NCBI GenBank assembly: GCA_051875605.1
Contig: JBJEHA010000013.1
Span: 3,648 to 67,647, forward strand
Origin: Prevotella sp.
Lineage (GTDB): Bacteria > Bacteroidota > Bacteroidia > Bacteroidales > Bacteroidaceae
DNA: 64,000 nucleotides
Reading direction: 5' to 3'
Made by a program: the position numbers and the translations under genes. The notes below the pieces were generated by a model, which was given only the letters and a program-made list of their open reading frames with translations, was not told the DNA's origin and searched no databases. Every line of letters begins with the position of its first letter. Within the stretch, counting starts at the first letter, position 1. Below are positions 19,090 through 28,461 of this stretch, in pieces.

Positions 19090-20010
19090 ATGCCACTCCG
19101 ACTACCTGACCGTCTTCCAGCAATTGACTTGCTCAAGCAGGAGAATATCTTTGTCATGGACAACTCCAGGGCTACGACCCAGGATATCCGTCCACTGAAA
19201 ATAGTCATACTGAATCTCATGCCACTCAAGATCACAACAGAGACCGACCTTATCCGCCTGTTGTCAAACACGCCCTTGCAGCTTGAGATCAGTTTCATGA
19301 AACTTAAAAGTCATACGCCCAAGAATACCCCTATAGAACACATGATGATGTTCTATCGCGATTTTGAGGAAATGAGGAAGGAAAAATTCGACGGCATGAT
19401 CGTGACTGGAGCACCGGTTGAGACCTATGACTATGAGGATGTGAACTATTGGGAAGAAATCACTGCCATCTTTTCCTGGGCCAGGTCACACGTAACCAGT
19501 ACGCTCTTCATCTGCTGGGCAGCACAGGCAGGACTGTATTTCCATTATGGAATACCCAAATATGCTCTTCCGCGTAAGATGTTCGGCATTTTCAAACAGC
19601 ATTGTCTGAATCCCCTTCTTCCAATCTTCAGAGGATTCGATGATGAGTTTTCCATGCCACACAGTCGGCACACGGAAATCAGGCGAGAGGATATTCTGGC
19701 GTGCAAGGATCTGCAGCTGATTGCAGAATCCGCAGAAAGCGGTGTGAGTATGGTCATGGCGCGCAATGGCAGGGAACTGTTTGTGACCGGTCATCTTGAA
19801 TATGCGCCCAACACACTTGACAAGGAATACCATCGTGACAAGGGAAAACGAGATGATGTGGACATGCCTAAGAATTATTACCGCAATGATGACCCACGGA
19901 ACGAACCGCTTGTGACATGGCGCGCCCATGCCAACCTGCTGTTCAACAACTGGATCAACTACTACGTTTATCAGGAAACGCCTTATGACATCAATGCCAT
20001 AGAGGAATAG
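19090..20010 (+). CDS. metA: Homoserine O-acyltransferase (MetA family, probably acetyl-specific)
   Basis: ILNLMPLKITTE, TGAPVE, FICWAAQAGL, PHSRH, TGHLEY motifs. Confidence 0.93.
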   Translation: MPLRLPDRLPAIDLLKQENIFVMDNSRATTQDIRPLKIVILNLMPLKITTETDLIRLLSNTPLQLEISFMKLKSHTPKNTPIEHMMMFYRDFEEMRKEKFDGMIVTGAPVETYDYEDVNYWEEITAIFSWARSHVTSTLFICWAAQAGLYFHYGIPKYALPRKMFGIFKQHCLNPLLPIFRGFDDEFSMPHSRHTEIRREDILACKDLQLIAESAESGVSMVMARNGRELFVTGHLEYAPNTLDKEYHRDKGKRDDVDMPKNYYRNDDPRNEPLVTWRAHANLLFNNWINYYVYQETPYDINAIEE

Positions 20011-20014
20011 GCCT

Positions 20015-21865
20015 ATGGGAAAGGAAACAACGAGGAAGATAGAGCTGCTGGCACCAGCCAGGAATCTGGAATGCGGGAAGGCTGCCATTGACCATGGGGC
20101 AGATGCTGTATATATCGGTGCTACAAGATACGGGGCACGTGCAGCTGCCGGTAACAGTCTGGATGATATCGGTGAACTGTGTGATTATGCTCATCGTTTC
20201 GGATGTAAAGTATATGTAACGGTAAATACCATCATATATGATTTGGAACTGAAAGACACCCAGCTGCTCATCCGTCAGCTATATGACTTGCATGTCGATG
20301 CCATACTTGTCCAGGATATGGGATTGCTTAAACTCGACCTGCCTCCCATAGAACTACACGCAAGCACACAGACAGACAACCGTACTGCACAGAAAACGGA
20401 ATGGCTCAGAAGTTTGGGTTTCAGCCGTGTAGTGCTTGCCCGGGAACTGTCCATACAAGAAATCAGCGATATCCACAGACAGGTTCCGGACACTGAACTT
20501 GAGGTTTTTGTACATGGCGCCCTCTGTGTGAGCTATTCCGGACAATGCTATGCGTCACAACACTGTTTCGGCCGAAGCGCCAACAGAGGTGAATGTGCAC
20601 AGTTCTGCCGTCTTCCATTCACGCTCAAGGACAGTCAGGGGACAATTATCGAAAAAGACAAATACCTGCTTTCACTCAAGGACATGTCTCGCATTGACCA
20701 GCTTGAGGAATTGCTGGAAGCTGGTGTGACTTCACTGAAAATAGAGGGGCGTCTGAAAGATATCTGCTACGTGAAGAACGTTGTGGCTGCATATAGCCAG
20801 AAACTAAACAGTATCATCAGAATGTATCCTGACAAATACCGAAGGGCATCCTTCGGCCATTGCACATATTCCTTTGAGCCAGACCTGCGCAAGACTTTCA
20901 ACAGAGGGTTTACAGACTATTTCGCACACGGACGCAAGCGTGGAATAGCATCGTTTGACACGCCTAAGGCAAAAGGTGAATATGTGGGAAATGTAAAGGA
21001 ACTGTCGGCTAATGGACTGAAAGTGGCTGGCTCATCGACTTTTGCAAACGGTGACGGGCTATGTTTTCTCAACGAGAAAGGTGAACTTGTAGGATTCCGT
21101 GTGAACCGAGCTGACCGTAACATACTATATCCATACCGTATGCCAGAAGGCCTGCGAAAGGGTATGCCACTCTATCGTAATAATGACCAGAACTTTGAAA
21201 AAACTTTGCAAAAATCCAGTGCGGAGCGTAAGATGTTCGTGACGATGGAACTTACCACCATTGCAAATGGTCTATCACTCACTGCTACACTGGAGAATGG
21301 CAGATGTGCTACGATTACAGAAGAAATGGACTTCCAGCAAGCCCGTATGCCACAACATGAGAACATCCGGATGCAGCTATGCAAACTGGGCAATACGCCG
21401 TTCTCTTGTAATAACGTTGTAATTGCAAGAGAGCTTGAAAACATTTTCATCCCCTCCAGCATGCTTTCACGTCTTCGCCGCCAGGTGGTCGAGGAGCTGC
21501 TTATGCCTACTTTCGTCCCTAGGCCGCATCCATTGCCCCACAAGAACCTGAATGCCTCATCCACCATGTTCGAGCGTAAACAAGGGTTTCTCTACAACAT
21601 TGCCAACGACAAGGCACGTGAGTGGTATGAGGAACATGGAATGGACTTCACCACACCAGCCTATGAAATCAGACCTGTTCCACAGGCCTTGATTATGCAA
21701 TGCCGACATTGTCTGCGCTTTGAGTTAGGCTACTGCCCCAACCGTAACGGAAAAAATCCCACATGGCGCGAACCCCTGTATCTGGAACTCAATGACGGAC
21801 ACCGTTTCCGACTGCACTTTGATTGCAAACACTGCCAAATGAACATATATGCAGAAGACCTATAA
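20015..21865 (+). CDS. Peptidase U32 family protein (long, RlhA-like form)
   Basis: ELLAPA, FVHGALCVSYSGQC, NRGECAQFCR and KIEGR motifs; extended C-terminus. Confidence 0.85.
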   Translation: MGKETTRKIELLAPARNLECGKAAIDHGADAVYIGATRYGARAAAGNSLDDIGELCDYAHRFGCKVYVTVNTIIYDLELKDTQLLIRQLYDLHVDAILVQDMGLLKLDLPPIELHASTQTDNRTAQKTEWLRSLGFSRVVLARELSIQEISDIHRQVPDTELEVFVHGALCVSYSGQCYASQHCFGRSANRGECAQFCRLPFTLKDSQGTIIEKDKYLLSLKDMSRIDQLEELLEAGVTSLKIEGRLKDICYVKNVVAAYSQKLNSIIRMYPDKYRRASFGHCTYSFEPDLRKTFNRGFTDYFAHGRKRGIASFDTPKAKGEYVGNVKELSANGLKVAGSSTFANGDGLCFLNEKGELVGFRVNRADRNILYPYRMPEGLRKGMPLYRNNDQNFEKTLQKSSAERKMFVTMELTTIANGLSLTATLENGRCATITEEMDFQQARMPQHENIRMQLCKLGNTPFSCNNVVIARELENIFIPSSMLSRLRRQVVEELLMPTFVPRPHPLPHKNLNASSTMFERKQGFLYNIANDKAREWYEEHGMDFTTPAYEIRPVPQALIMQCRHCLRFELGYCPNRNGKNPTWREPLYLELNDGHRFRLHFDCKHCQMNIYAEDL

Positions 21866-22847
21866 CCCCTGGAACCTGCTCCTGCTGTCACTGTTGTCTG
21901 TGCTTACCGGTTGTTATCATCAGAAGACCAATCAACACGATGCACTGATAAGCTACAATGAAAGACAAATGGATTCACTTTCCTTTTACAGCAAGCACCA
22001 CTATAGCCGAAATTACAATTTTGTAGTCTCCGCCGACTCACTTGTGCTCCTTCGTCAACAGCCTGAGGAACTGGTGAGCGACATGCCTACCGATTCCCTG
22101 GTGTTATACCGTGATGAAAACATTGTCGTGGCGGATATACGCATGATACCGGAAGACCGCGTAGATTCCGTCTGGGTACAGGTGGCACACGACCAACATA
22201 CGTTCGGTTGGATCCGTGAAAGCCATCTGCTTCCTTATGTTGTGCCCGATGACCCTATATCACAGTTCATTTCCACGTTTTCCGATACCCATGTCCTCAT
22301 TTTCCTGCTCATCATTTCCATCATCTCCATCAGCTATCTCCTGCGCACTATTTTCCGACGCAAGGCCCACATCGTACATTTCAATGACATAACCTCATTC
22401 TACCCCACACTACTCGCGCTCGTTGTCGCGGCCGCTGCCACATTCTATTCAAGCATCCAGCTGTTCGAGCCGGAAATGTGGAGGCATTTCTATTACCACC
22501 CAACGCTTAATCCGTTTGGACTGCCCACCATGCTGTCCGTCTTCCTCTGTTCGGTCTGGGCAATCATCATCATCACATTAGCCACTGTCGAGGATGTTTA
22601 CCGGCAGCTCAGCTTTGCTGCAGCTACTTTCTACTTGTGTGGTCTTCTGGCAGTATGTGCAGCCAACTACATCGTTTTCAGCATCAGCACATTATATTAT
22701 TTAGGCTATCCGCTCCTGATGGCCTATGGCTGGTTCGCCATCCATACCTACACGGCACACAACCGCCACAGATATATCTGCGGGAATTGTGGTCAAAGAA
22801 TCATGGCAAAAGGTATCTGTCCGCATTGTGGAGCAGACAACGTATAA
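21849..22847 (+). CDS. Hypothetical membrane protein with lipobox and C-terminal zinc ribbon
   Basis: LLSVLTGC lipobox-like N-terminus, several hydrophobic helices, terminal CGNCG...CPHCG. Confidence 0.7.
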   Translation: MQKTYNPWNLLLLSLLSVLTGCYHQKTNQHDALISYNERQMDSLSFYSKHHYSRNYNFVVSADSLVLLRQQPEELVSDMPTDSLVLYRDENIVVADIRMIPEDRVDSVWVQVAHDQHTFGWIRESHLLPYVVPDDPISQFISTFSDTHVLIFLLIISIISISYLLRTIFRRKAHIVHFNDITSFYPTLLALVVAAAATFYSSIQLFEPEMWRHFYYHPTLNPFGLPTMLSVFLCSVWAIIIITLATVEDVYRQLSFAAATFYLCGLLAVCAANYIVFSISTLYYLGYPLLMAYGWFAIHTYTAHNRHRYICGNCGQRIMAKGICPHCGADNV

Positions 22848-22955
22848 ACAGACACACCTTAAATACTTCCCCATGAACATGTAAATCCTGACTATAAAGG
22901 AAAATCCTTACAAATGAGGATTGCATAAGACTGCCGGTAATGGTACTTTTGCACC

Positions 22956-25409
22956 ATGTTTTCAAAATCGTGCATGAACAAGAACCATTTCCTAACAGTA
23001 TCGGCAAAGACCTTCTGTATTATTATGCTGGCCGTGGCCACAAACATGAAAACACAGGCAATGATGCCTTTCTCGGCTCCAGTCGATTCTTCCAAAGTCT
23101 ATGACATTGAAGAAATAGTGGTGGTCTCACAGCCTAAGGAAAACCTAAGACTACGTGAACAGGCCGTAGGTTCCACATCGTTTTCCATGAAAGACTTCTA
23201 CAGTCTTAATTCGCATGATATCAGGGAATTGTCAGCTTTCGTGCCATCTTTTTCCATGCCTCAGTACGGTTCTCGCTACACTTCCTCCATGTACATCCGG
23301 GGCATTGGCTCCCGCATCAACAATCCAACTGTCGGCATTTATATAGACAATGTGCCGCTGATGTGTAAAAGCGCATACAATTTCCATATCTACGAACTCG
23401 ACCGCATGGACGTGCTCCGCGGACCGCAAGGTACACTCTACGGACAGAACACAGAGGGCGGACTGGTAAGGGTTTATACCAAGAACCCTGTGCAGCACCA
23501 GGGAACAGACATCAATCTCAGTGCCGGGTCACACTTCTACCGTAACGTTGAAGCCGCCCATTATGCCCGTCCTACCAATCATGTGGCCTTTTCTGTAGCC
23601 GCATTCTACGGCGGACATGACGGATTCTTCCGCAATACCCATCTGAACACACGGGCAGACAAGAGTGATGAGGGTGGCATACGCATGCGAACGGTAATAG
23701 ACCCTGCAGACAGGCTACACCTGGATTTGCTGGCCGACTATCAGGTGTCCAGTCAGAATGCCTTCCCTTACGGACAGCTCAATCCTGACAATGGACAGAC
23801 AGAACTTCCGGCCACGACCATGCAGAATCATTACCGGCGTCATTCGCTGTGTACAGCCTTGGGAATACAACTCAAAGGTGAACGGTTCGACATCAGCAGT
23901 ACAACCAGTTACCAGTATCTCAGCGACAACATGCTCATGGACATCGACTATCTGCCTTCCGCATACATGTACATGCAGCAGAGGCAATGGGAGAATGCCA
24001 TTACACAGGAACTGACCATGAAGAGCCGTAACAACGGCATGTGGAACCACACAACCGGACTTTTCCTGTCACAGCAATGGCTCAAGACCAATGCTCCCGT
24101 GAATTTCGGCCAGGACATGACCACACCCATTGCAACAGGCATCCAGACAGCCATGACACAGGCCATCGTGCGCTCCATGGCCGAATCCATGATGGCTCAG
24201 GGCATGACTGAACAGCAGGCTCTTGCCGCTGCCGCCATGGCTCTGGAACGCGCAGGAGGTATTGAAGTAGAAGTGGGCATGGATGTTCCTGGCTGTTTCC
24301 ATACACCTCAATTCAATCTCGGACTGTTCCACGAGTCAACGTTCAATCTGACACCAAGGCTCACACTTACCGCCGGATTGCGCTACGACATGAACCATAC
24401 ACGTATCAGCTACGATACCTACGCAACCATGGACATCGCGGCTTATGTCATGGGAAAGACCTCGGAAAACGTACTCACCTCACGTCTGTTCCACAAGACC
24501 AGGGACACCTACAACCAGCTTTTGCCCAAACTGGCCTTCACACTGAAGACCGACAACAAAGGCAGCAACGTGTTCATGTCCGTAAGCAAAGGCTACAGGG
24601 CCGGTGGATTCAACATACAGATGTTTTCCGACATTCTGCAGACTGAGCTTAATGCCAACAGACAACAGGCTATGAGAGGCAGCTATGACATACCTCACGA
24701 AGAGGCTGACTACCAACATATAGAAGAAACCATAGCCTATAAGCCCGAGACATCATGGAACCTTGAGGCTGGAGCACATCTGAACCTGGCCAACGGAAGC
24801 CTGCAGCTCGACTGCTCGGCCTATCACATGCAGGTTCGCAATCTGCAACTTTCTGTCATGGCCGGAAACTACGCTTTCGGGCGGATGATGGTCAATGCGG
24901 GTCGAAGTGCCACTACGGGCATGGAACTGGCATTGCGTGGCAGTGTACTGAACGACCGGCTCACATGGAACCTGGGCTATGCACTCACCGAAGCCACTTT
25001 CCGCAGCTACAAGGACATGACCGTTAACGACAGCGGACAACAATGCGTGGATTATCGTGGAAAGCATGTACCGTTTGTGCCTATACACACACTCAATGCA
25101 CATGCAGCATACAGGGCAGACATTAATGCCGGTCTGCTTGATTGCCTCACATTTGGAATCAACCTGACGGCTGACGGTAAAACCTACTGGGACGAAGCCA
25201 ACTCCTACAGTCAGCCATTCCATGCAGTGGCCGGAGTGAACGTGAGTGCCGGATCAGGTCCTCATACCCTGAGTCTGTGGGCAAAGAACATTACATCGTG
25301 CAAATACAACACCTTTGCCATGAGCAGTGGTGCAACAGGTGAAACCCGTTATTTTGCACAGCGTGGCAATCCATTCCAAATGGGTGTGGATTTGCGGCTC
25401 AGATTCTGA
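22956..25409 (+). CDS. TonB-dependent receptor
   Basis: IEEIVVVS TonB-box-like motif, plug motif VLRGPQGTLYG, terminal LRLRF; TACTTTTG -7 box at 22944-22951 (true start may be the ATG at 22974). Confidence 0.9.
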   Translation: MFSKSCMNKNHFLTVSAKTFCIIMLAVATNMKTQAMMPFSAPVDSSKVYDIEEIVVVSQPKENLRLREQAVGSTSFSMKDFYSLNSHDIRELSAFVPSFSMPQYGSRYTSSMYIRGIGSRINNPTVGIYIDNVPLMCKSAYNFHIYELDRMDVLRGPQGTLYGQNTEGGLVRVYTKNPVQHQGTDINLSAGSHFYRNVEAAHYARPTNHVAFSVAAFYGGHDGFFRNTHLNTRADKSDEGGIRMRTVIDPADRLHLDLLADYQVSSQNAFPYGQLNPDNGQTELPATTMQNHYRRHSLCTALGIQLKGERFDISSTTSYQYLSDNMLMDIDYLPSAYMYMQQRQWENAITQELTMKSRNNGMWNHTTGLFLSQQWLKTNAPVNFGQDMTTPIATGIQTAMTQAIVRSMAESMMAQGMTEQQALAAAAMALERAGGIEVEVGMDVPGCFHTPQFNLGLFHESTFNLTPRLTLTAGLRYDMNHTRISYDTYATMDIAAYVMGKTSENVLTSRLFHKTRDTYNQLLPKLAFTLKTDNKGSNVFMSVSKGYRAGGFNIQMFSDILQTELNANRQQAMRGSYDIPHEEADYQHIEETIAYKPETSWNLEAGAHLNLANGSLQLDCSAYHMQVRNLQLSVMAGNYAFGRMMVNAGRSATTGMELALRGSVLNDRLTWNLGYALTEATFRSYKDMTVNDSGQQCVDYRGKHVPFVPIHTLNAHAAYRADINAGLLDCLTFGINLTADGKTYWDEANSYSQPFHAVAGVNVSAGSGPHTLSLWAKNITSCKYNTFAMSSGATGETRYFAQRGNPFQMGVDLRLRF

Positions 25410-25593
25410 CGGTTCTCCCTTTTCCACATTTCCGTCTGCATTTCCCAAGACCTGAAAGGATATCGAGTTTCATCATATTCACCATCCACTCTATATTTAA
25501 TACTCGTGAAAGTATAATCCACCCTATCCTTCCCACTGGAAGGAAACCATAACATGAGTTTTTTTAAGAGTGAAACCTGTCGAAACGATTTTG

Positions 25594-26134
25594 CAAAGTG
25601 TCAGGATTTTAACACTTTTGCTTACACTTTGATTTTTCGGCATTCGTAAAAGCGGCCAGTTTTGGGTCGATTTTCATGTTAATAAGTGTGAATCGTCAGT
25701 TTTTTGCACAAAACGGGAAAATCAGTTAAGTGTTAGGGGGGAAACACTTAACTGTTTCCAGAAAATTAGTTAACTATTTTCGATCCGGCACTTAAGTGTT
25801 TTTGAGGTAAAACTTAACTGTTTCGGGGCAAAAACTCAGGTTTTTCGGCCTCAAAACCGCGATTTTCCGGCCAAAAGTGCGGAAAATGGGGGCTGAAAAC
25901 TGCACAAACTGGCTTTTTTGTGCACGAATTTAACGGATTTTAGGTTAAAATTGTGCGGTTTTTGTTAACACTTCGCATCAGTAAAAAATATACCATTGAT
26001 TATCAATGGTTTACAAAACAGGCCTCCGAAACCTGGAATTTACGCTGGCGCAAAAAAATCCGAATTCGCCGGATTCTACAGAAATGGTCGAAAAATCAAA
26101 GTGTAAGCAAAAATGTTAAAAAACTGACATTGTG
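25594..26134 (-). repeat. 541-bp dispersed intergenic element, copy 3 (reverse orientation)
   Basis: End modules at 25594-25631 and 26097-26134; one 1-nt deletion relative to the other copies between offsets 142 and 165. Confidence 0.95.
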
Positions 26135-26238
26135 ATTTTCAGACTGATACTTTGTTCATTGTCTGAAATCAATACCCACCAACCTAATTCCGCCTCCGGA
26201 TTTCATGGAATTAGACATACACCCTTATTGGTTCTGAT

Positions 26239-26290
26239 AAAAAAGGAAACGGGATGTACGTCACAAGGCATGGAACATCCCGTTTCCTTT
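26239..26290 (-). terminator. Intrinsic terminator
   Basis: 16-bp stem AAAGGAAACGGGATGT/ACATCCCGTTTCCTTT with an upstream A-run (U-tract on the minus strand), just past the stop at 26313. Confidence 0.7.
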
Positions 26291-26312
26291 CATTCCTACA
26301 GTAGTCTGGACA

Positions 26313-26759
26313 TTACTGATTCTTCAGCAGGTTCTCAAAGAACGCATTCAGGTCCTCATCCAGGTCTTTCATCAAGTCACCCCCGATAATGACAGTATCA
26401 TCATCCACAAGAAACAGTTCTGCAACCGTTTCGCGCTCGTCATTTTCGAGAACATAACTATATGGCTTCATGATGCACTGTTCCTCAATAGACTCCCTGT
26501 GCGCAGACAGTTCTGTACGCAGAGTCTCTGTGATTTTATTGTAGAAATCCTCATCCTTGTTGTCAATCCATTCTTCAATAACACAGCGTGTGATTTCCTG
26601 GTCATCGTCGTCAATGGCTGTCATTTCACCAGTGTCCTGGGATACACGAAGATGAATATCGGTGAAGCGTACTGCATCATCAGTAGCCGGAAATTTCTGG
26701 GCAATCTTCTTGATGGCCCGCTCGATTTGTTGTCTTGTCAGTTCTGATGCCTTCATCAC
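26313..26759 (-). CDS. Hypothetical acidic cytoplasmic protein
   Basis: 148-aa ORF with natural composition, co-oriented with its neighbour and followed by a terminator. Confidence 0.7.
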   Translation of the reverse strand: MMKASELTRQQIERAIKKIAQKFPATDDAVRFTDIHLRVSQDTGEMTAIDDDDQEITRCVIEEWIDNKDEDFYNKITETLRTELSAHRESIEEQCIMKPYSYVLENDERETVAELFLVDDDTVIIGGDLMKDLDEDLNAFFENLLKNQ

Positions 26760-26829
26760 TTGATTGTCTTTAGGTTGTTCTTGTTATAATGGTTATACCT
26801 GCACCACACATTCGTATGCCGTGCCGGTT

Positions 26830-28344
26830 TCAGAGCTTTATCTTCTTCTTGACACCCTTGCTCTCGTTACTCATACGGTCAAGAGCCGTAACAACGTATG
26901 TGTATTTGTTCCTGCCATCCGTGTAAGGGAGTTTATAGAATTCGTTGCCTGTAATTTCAACAATGCAGGATGCGTCATTGAGATTGACCTTTTGGCCTGG
27001 TGCAAAACGGTATATGACATATTTTTCGGCCTTGTCCTTCCAGTCGCTACCTTTTGGTGCCTGCCAGAACAGGATATATCCGTCATTGGTCCATACCGGA
27101 GTTACCTTACGCGGGTTCTTTGGTGCCTTCCCGTCAATAAAAGGCATCCGGGGCTGAAGCGCAGGGGCTTTCCAGTATTGCTCTTGAAGCACACTGCCAT
27201 ACCGTCCCATGTCATCGACAGCAGCCTTTGCATACCATAAGACAGTGCCTTCTACATTGCTCATCTGCTGGTGTAAAGCGTATTTTGCAGGCATCTGATT
27301 GACATTGGGGTTCTTAAGGTCGGCAGCCTTGACTGTACGTTCAATGTTTTCACCGATAAACAGCGGACGTGCACCGGCAAATCTGTTCCACCATTGTATC
27401 AGGGTCTGATAATCTGCCGCCTTGTTCCCGATTTCCCAATAGATTTGTGGTACACAATAGTCTATCCATCCATTGTTAACCCATAAAAGGACATCTGCAT
27501 AAAGATCGTCATAATTCTGCAGTCCGCTGGTTTCACTTCCTATATTCGGAGCACTTTTCTTGTTTCTGTAAATGCCGAAAGGTGAAACGCCGAACTTCAC
27601 CCATGGCTTACGTTTATGAATGGTTTCCCCAAGCTGCTTAATGAAGACATTTACATTGTCGCGCCGCCAGTCTCCCCTATCCTTGATTCCATTGTTGTGC
27701 AGCTGATATTCTTTGTCGTCTGGTATAACCTGTCCCTTTGAAGGGTACGGATAAAAGTAGTCATCAATATGGAGACCGTCAACATCATAACGGCTTACAA
27801 TATCATCTACCACATCGCAGATATATTGCCTGTTCTCAGGTATCGCCGGATTGAGAATGAACTGGCCGGCATAGCTGAAAACACGTTCGGGATGCTTTAT
27901 GGCGATATGATTATTGGCCAACGACTGTGTGCTTCCCGTTTTAGCTCTGAAGGGATTTATCCAGGCATGTATTTCCATACCACGTTTATGGCACTCTCTA
28001 ACCATCCAGTCCAGAGGATCCCAGTAGGGCGTTGGTGCTGTACCCTGGTTGCCTGTAAGGAAACGGCTCCATGGTTCTATCTTGCTTGCATAAAGCGCAT
28101 CGCATTCGGGACGTACCTGAAAGATAATGGCATTTACGCCAATCTCATGCAGACGGTTAAGCTGGTCTGTAAGCGTTTGCTGCATTGAGGCAGACGACAT
28201 GCCTTGAAATTGACCATTGACACACTGAATCCATGCTCCTCTGAATTCTCTTTTGTTTCCGGCTGTATTTTGGGCTGAAATTTGTAATACCGATACAGCA
28301 AACAGAAACAAGTAGAAAAACCTGATATAAGTATTTTTTCTCAT
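26830..28344 (-). CDS. Glycosyl hydrolase-like 10 (GHL10/DUF187) family protein, exported
   Basis: EFRGAWI and DGLHIDDYFYPY motifs; signal peptide from ATG 28344; -7 box TAACTTTG at 28363-28370 on the minus strand. Confidence 0.82.
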   Translation of the reverse strand: MRKNTYIRFFYLFLFAVSVLQISAQNTAGNKREFRGAWIQCVNGQFQGMSSASMQQTLTDQLNRLHEIGVNAIIFQVRPECDALYASKIEPWSRFLTGNQGTAPTPYWDPLDWMVRECHKRGMEIHAWINPFRAKTGSTQSLANNHIAIKHPERVFSYAGQFILNPAIPENRQYICDVVDDIVSRYDVDGLHIDDYFYPYPSKGQVIPDDKEYQLHNNGIKDRGDWRRDNVNVFIKQLGETIHKRKPWVKFGVSPFGIYRNKKSAPNIGSETSGLQNYDDLYADVLLWVNNGWIDYCVPQIYWEIGNKAADYQTLIQWWNRFAGARPLFIGENIERTVKAADLKNPNVNQMPAKYALHQQMSNVEGTVLWYAKAAVDDMGRYGSVLQEQYWKAPALQPRMPFIDGKAPKNPRKVTPVWTNDGYILFWQAPKGSDWKDKAEKYVIYRFAPGQKVNLNDASCIVEITGNEFYKLPYTDGRNKYTYVVTALDRMSNESKGVKKKIKL

Positions 28345-28461
28345 GATGTTAATATATGGCAGCAAAGTTAAGAAAAAAAAACTTCTTTAAAGAATTTTAA
28401 GCGTTTTTTTGCGCTTTCAACTCTTTATACCTTTTTGCTTAACTTTGTATAGGAGTTTCCT

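Noticed and set aside
26145-26154. Extra TGATACTTTG box 10 bp outside copy 3
   Set aside because: A single 9/10 match not seen beside the other copies; may be chance in AT-rich DNA.
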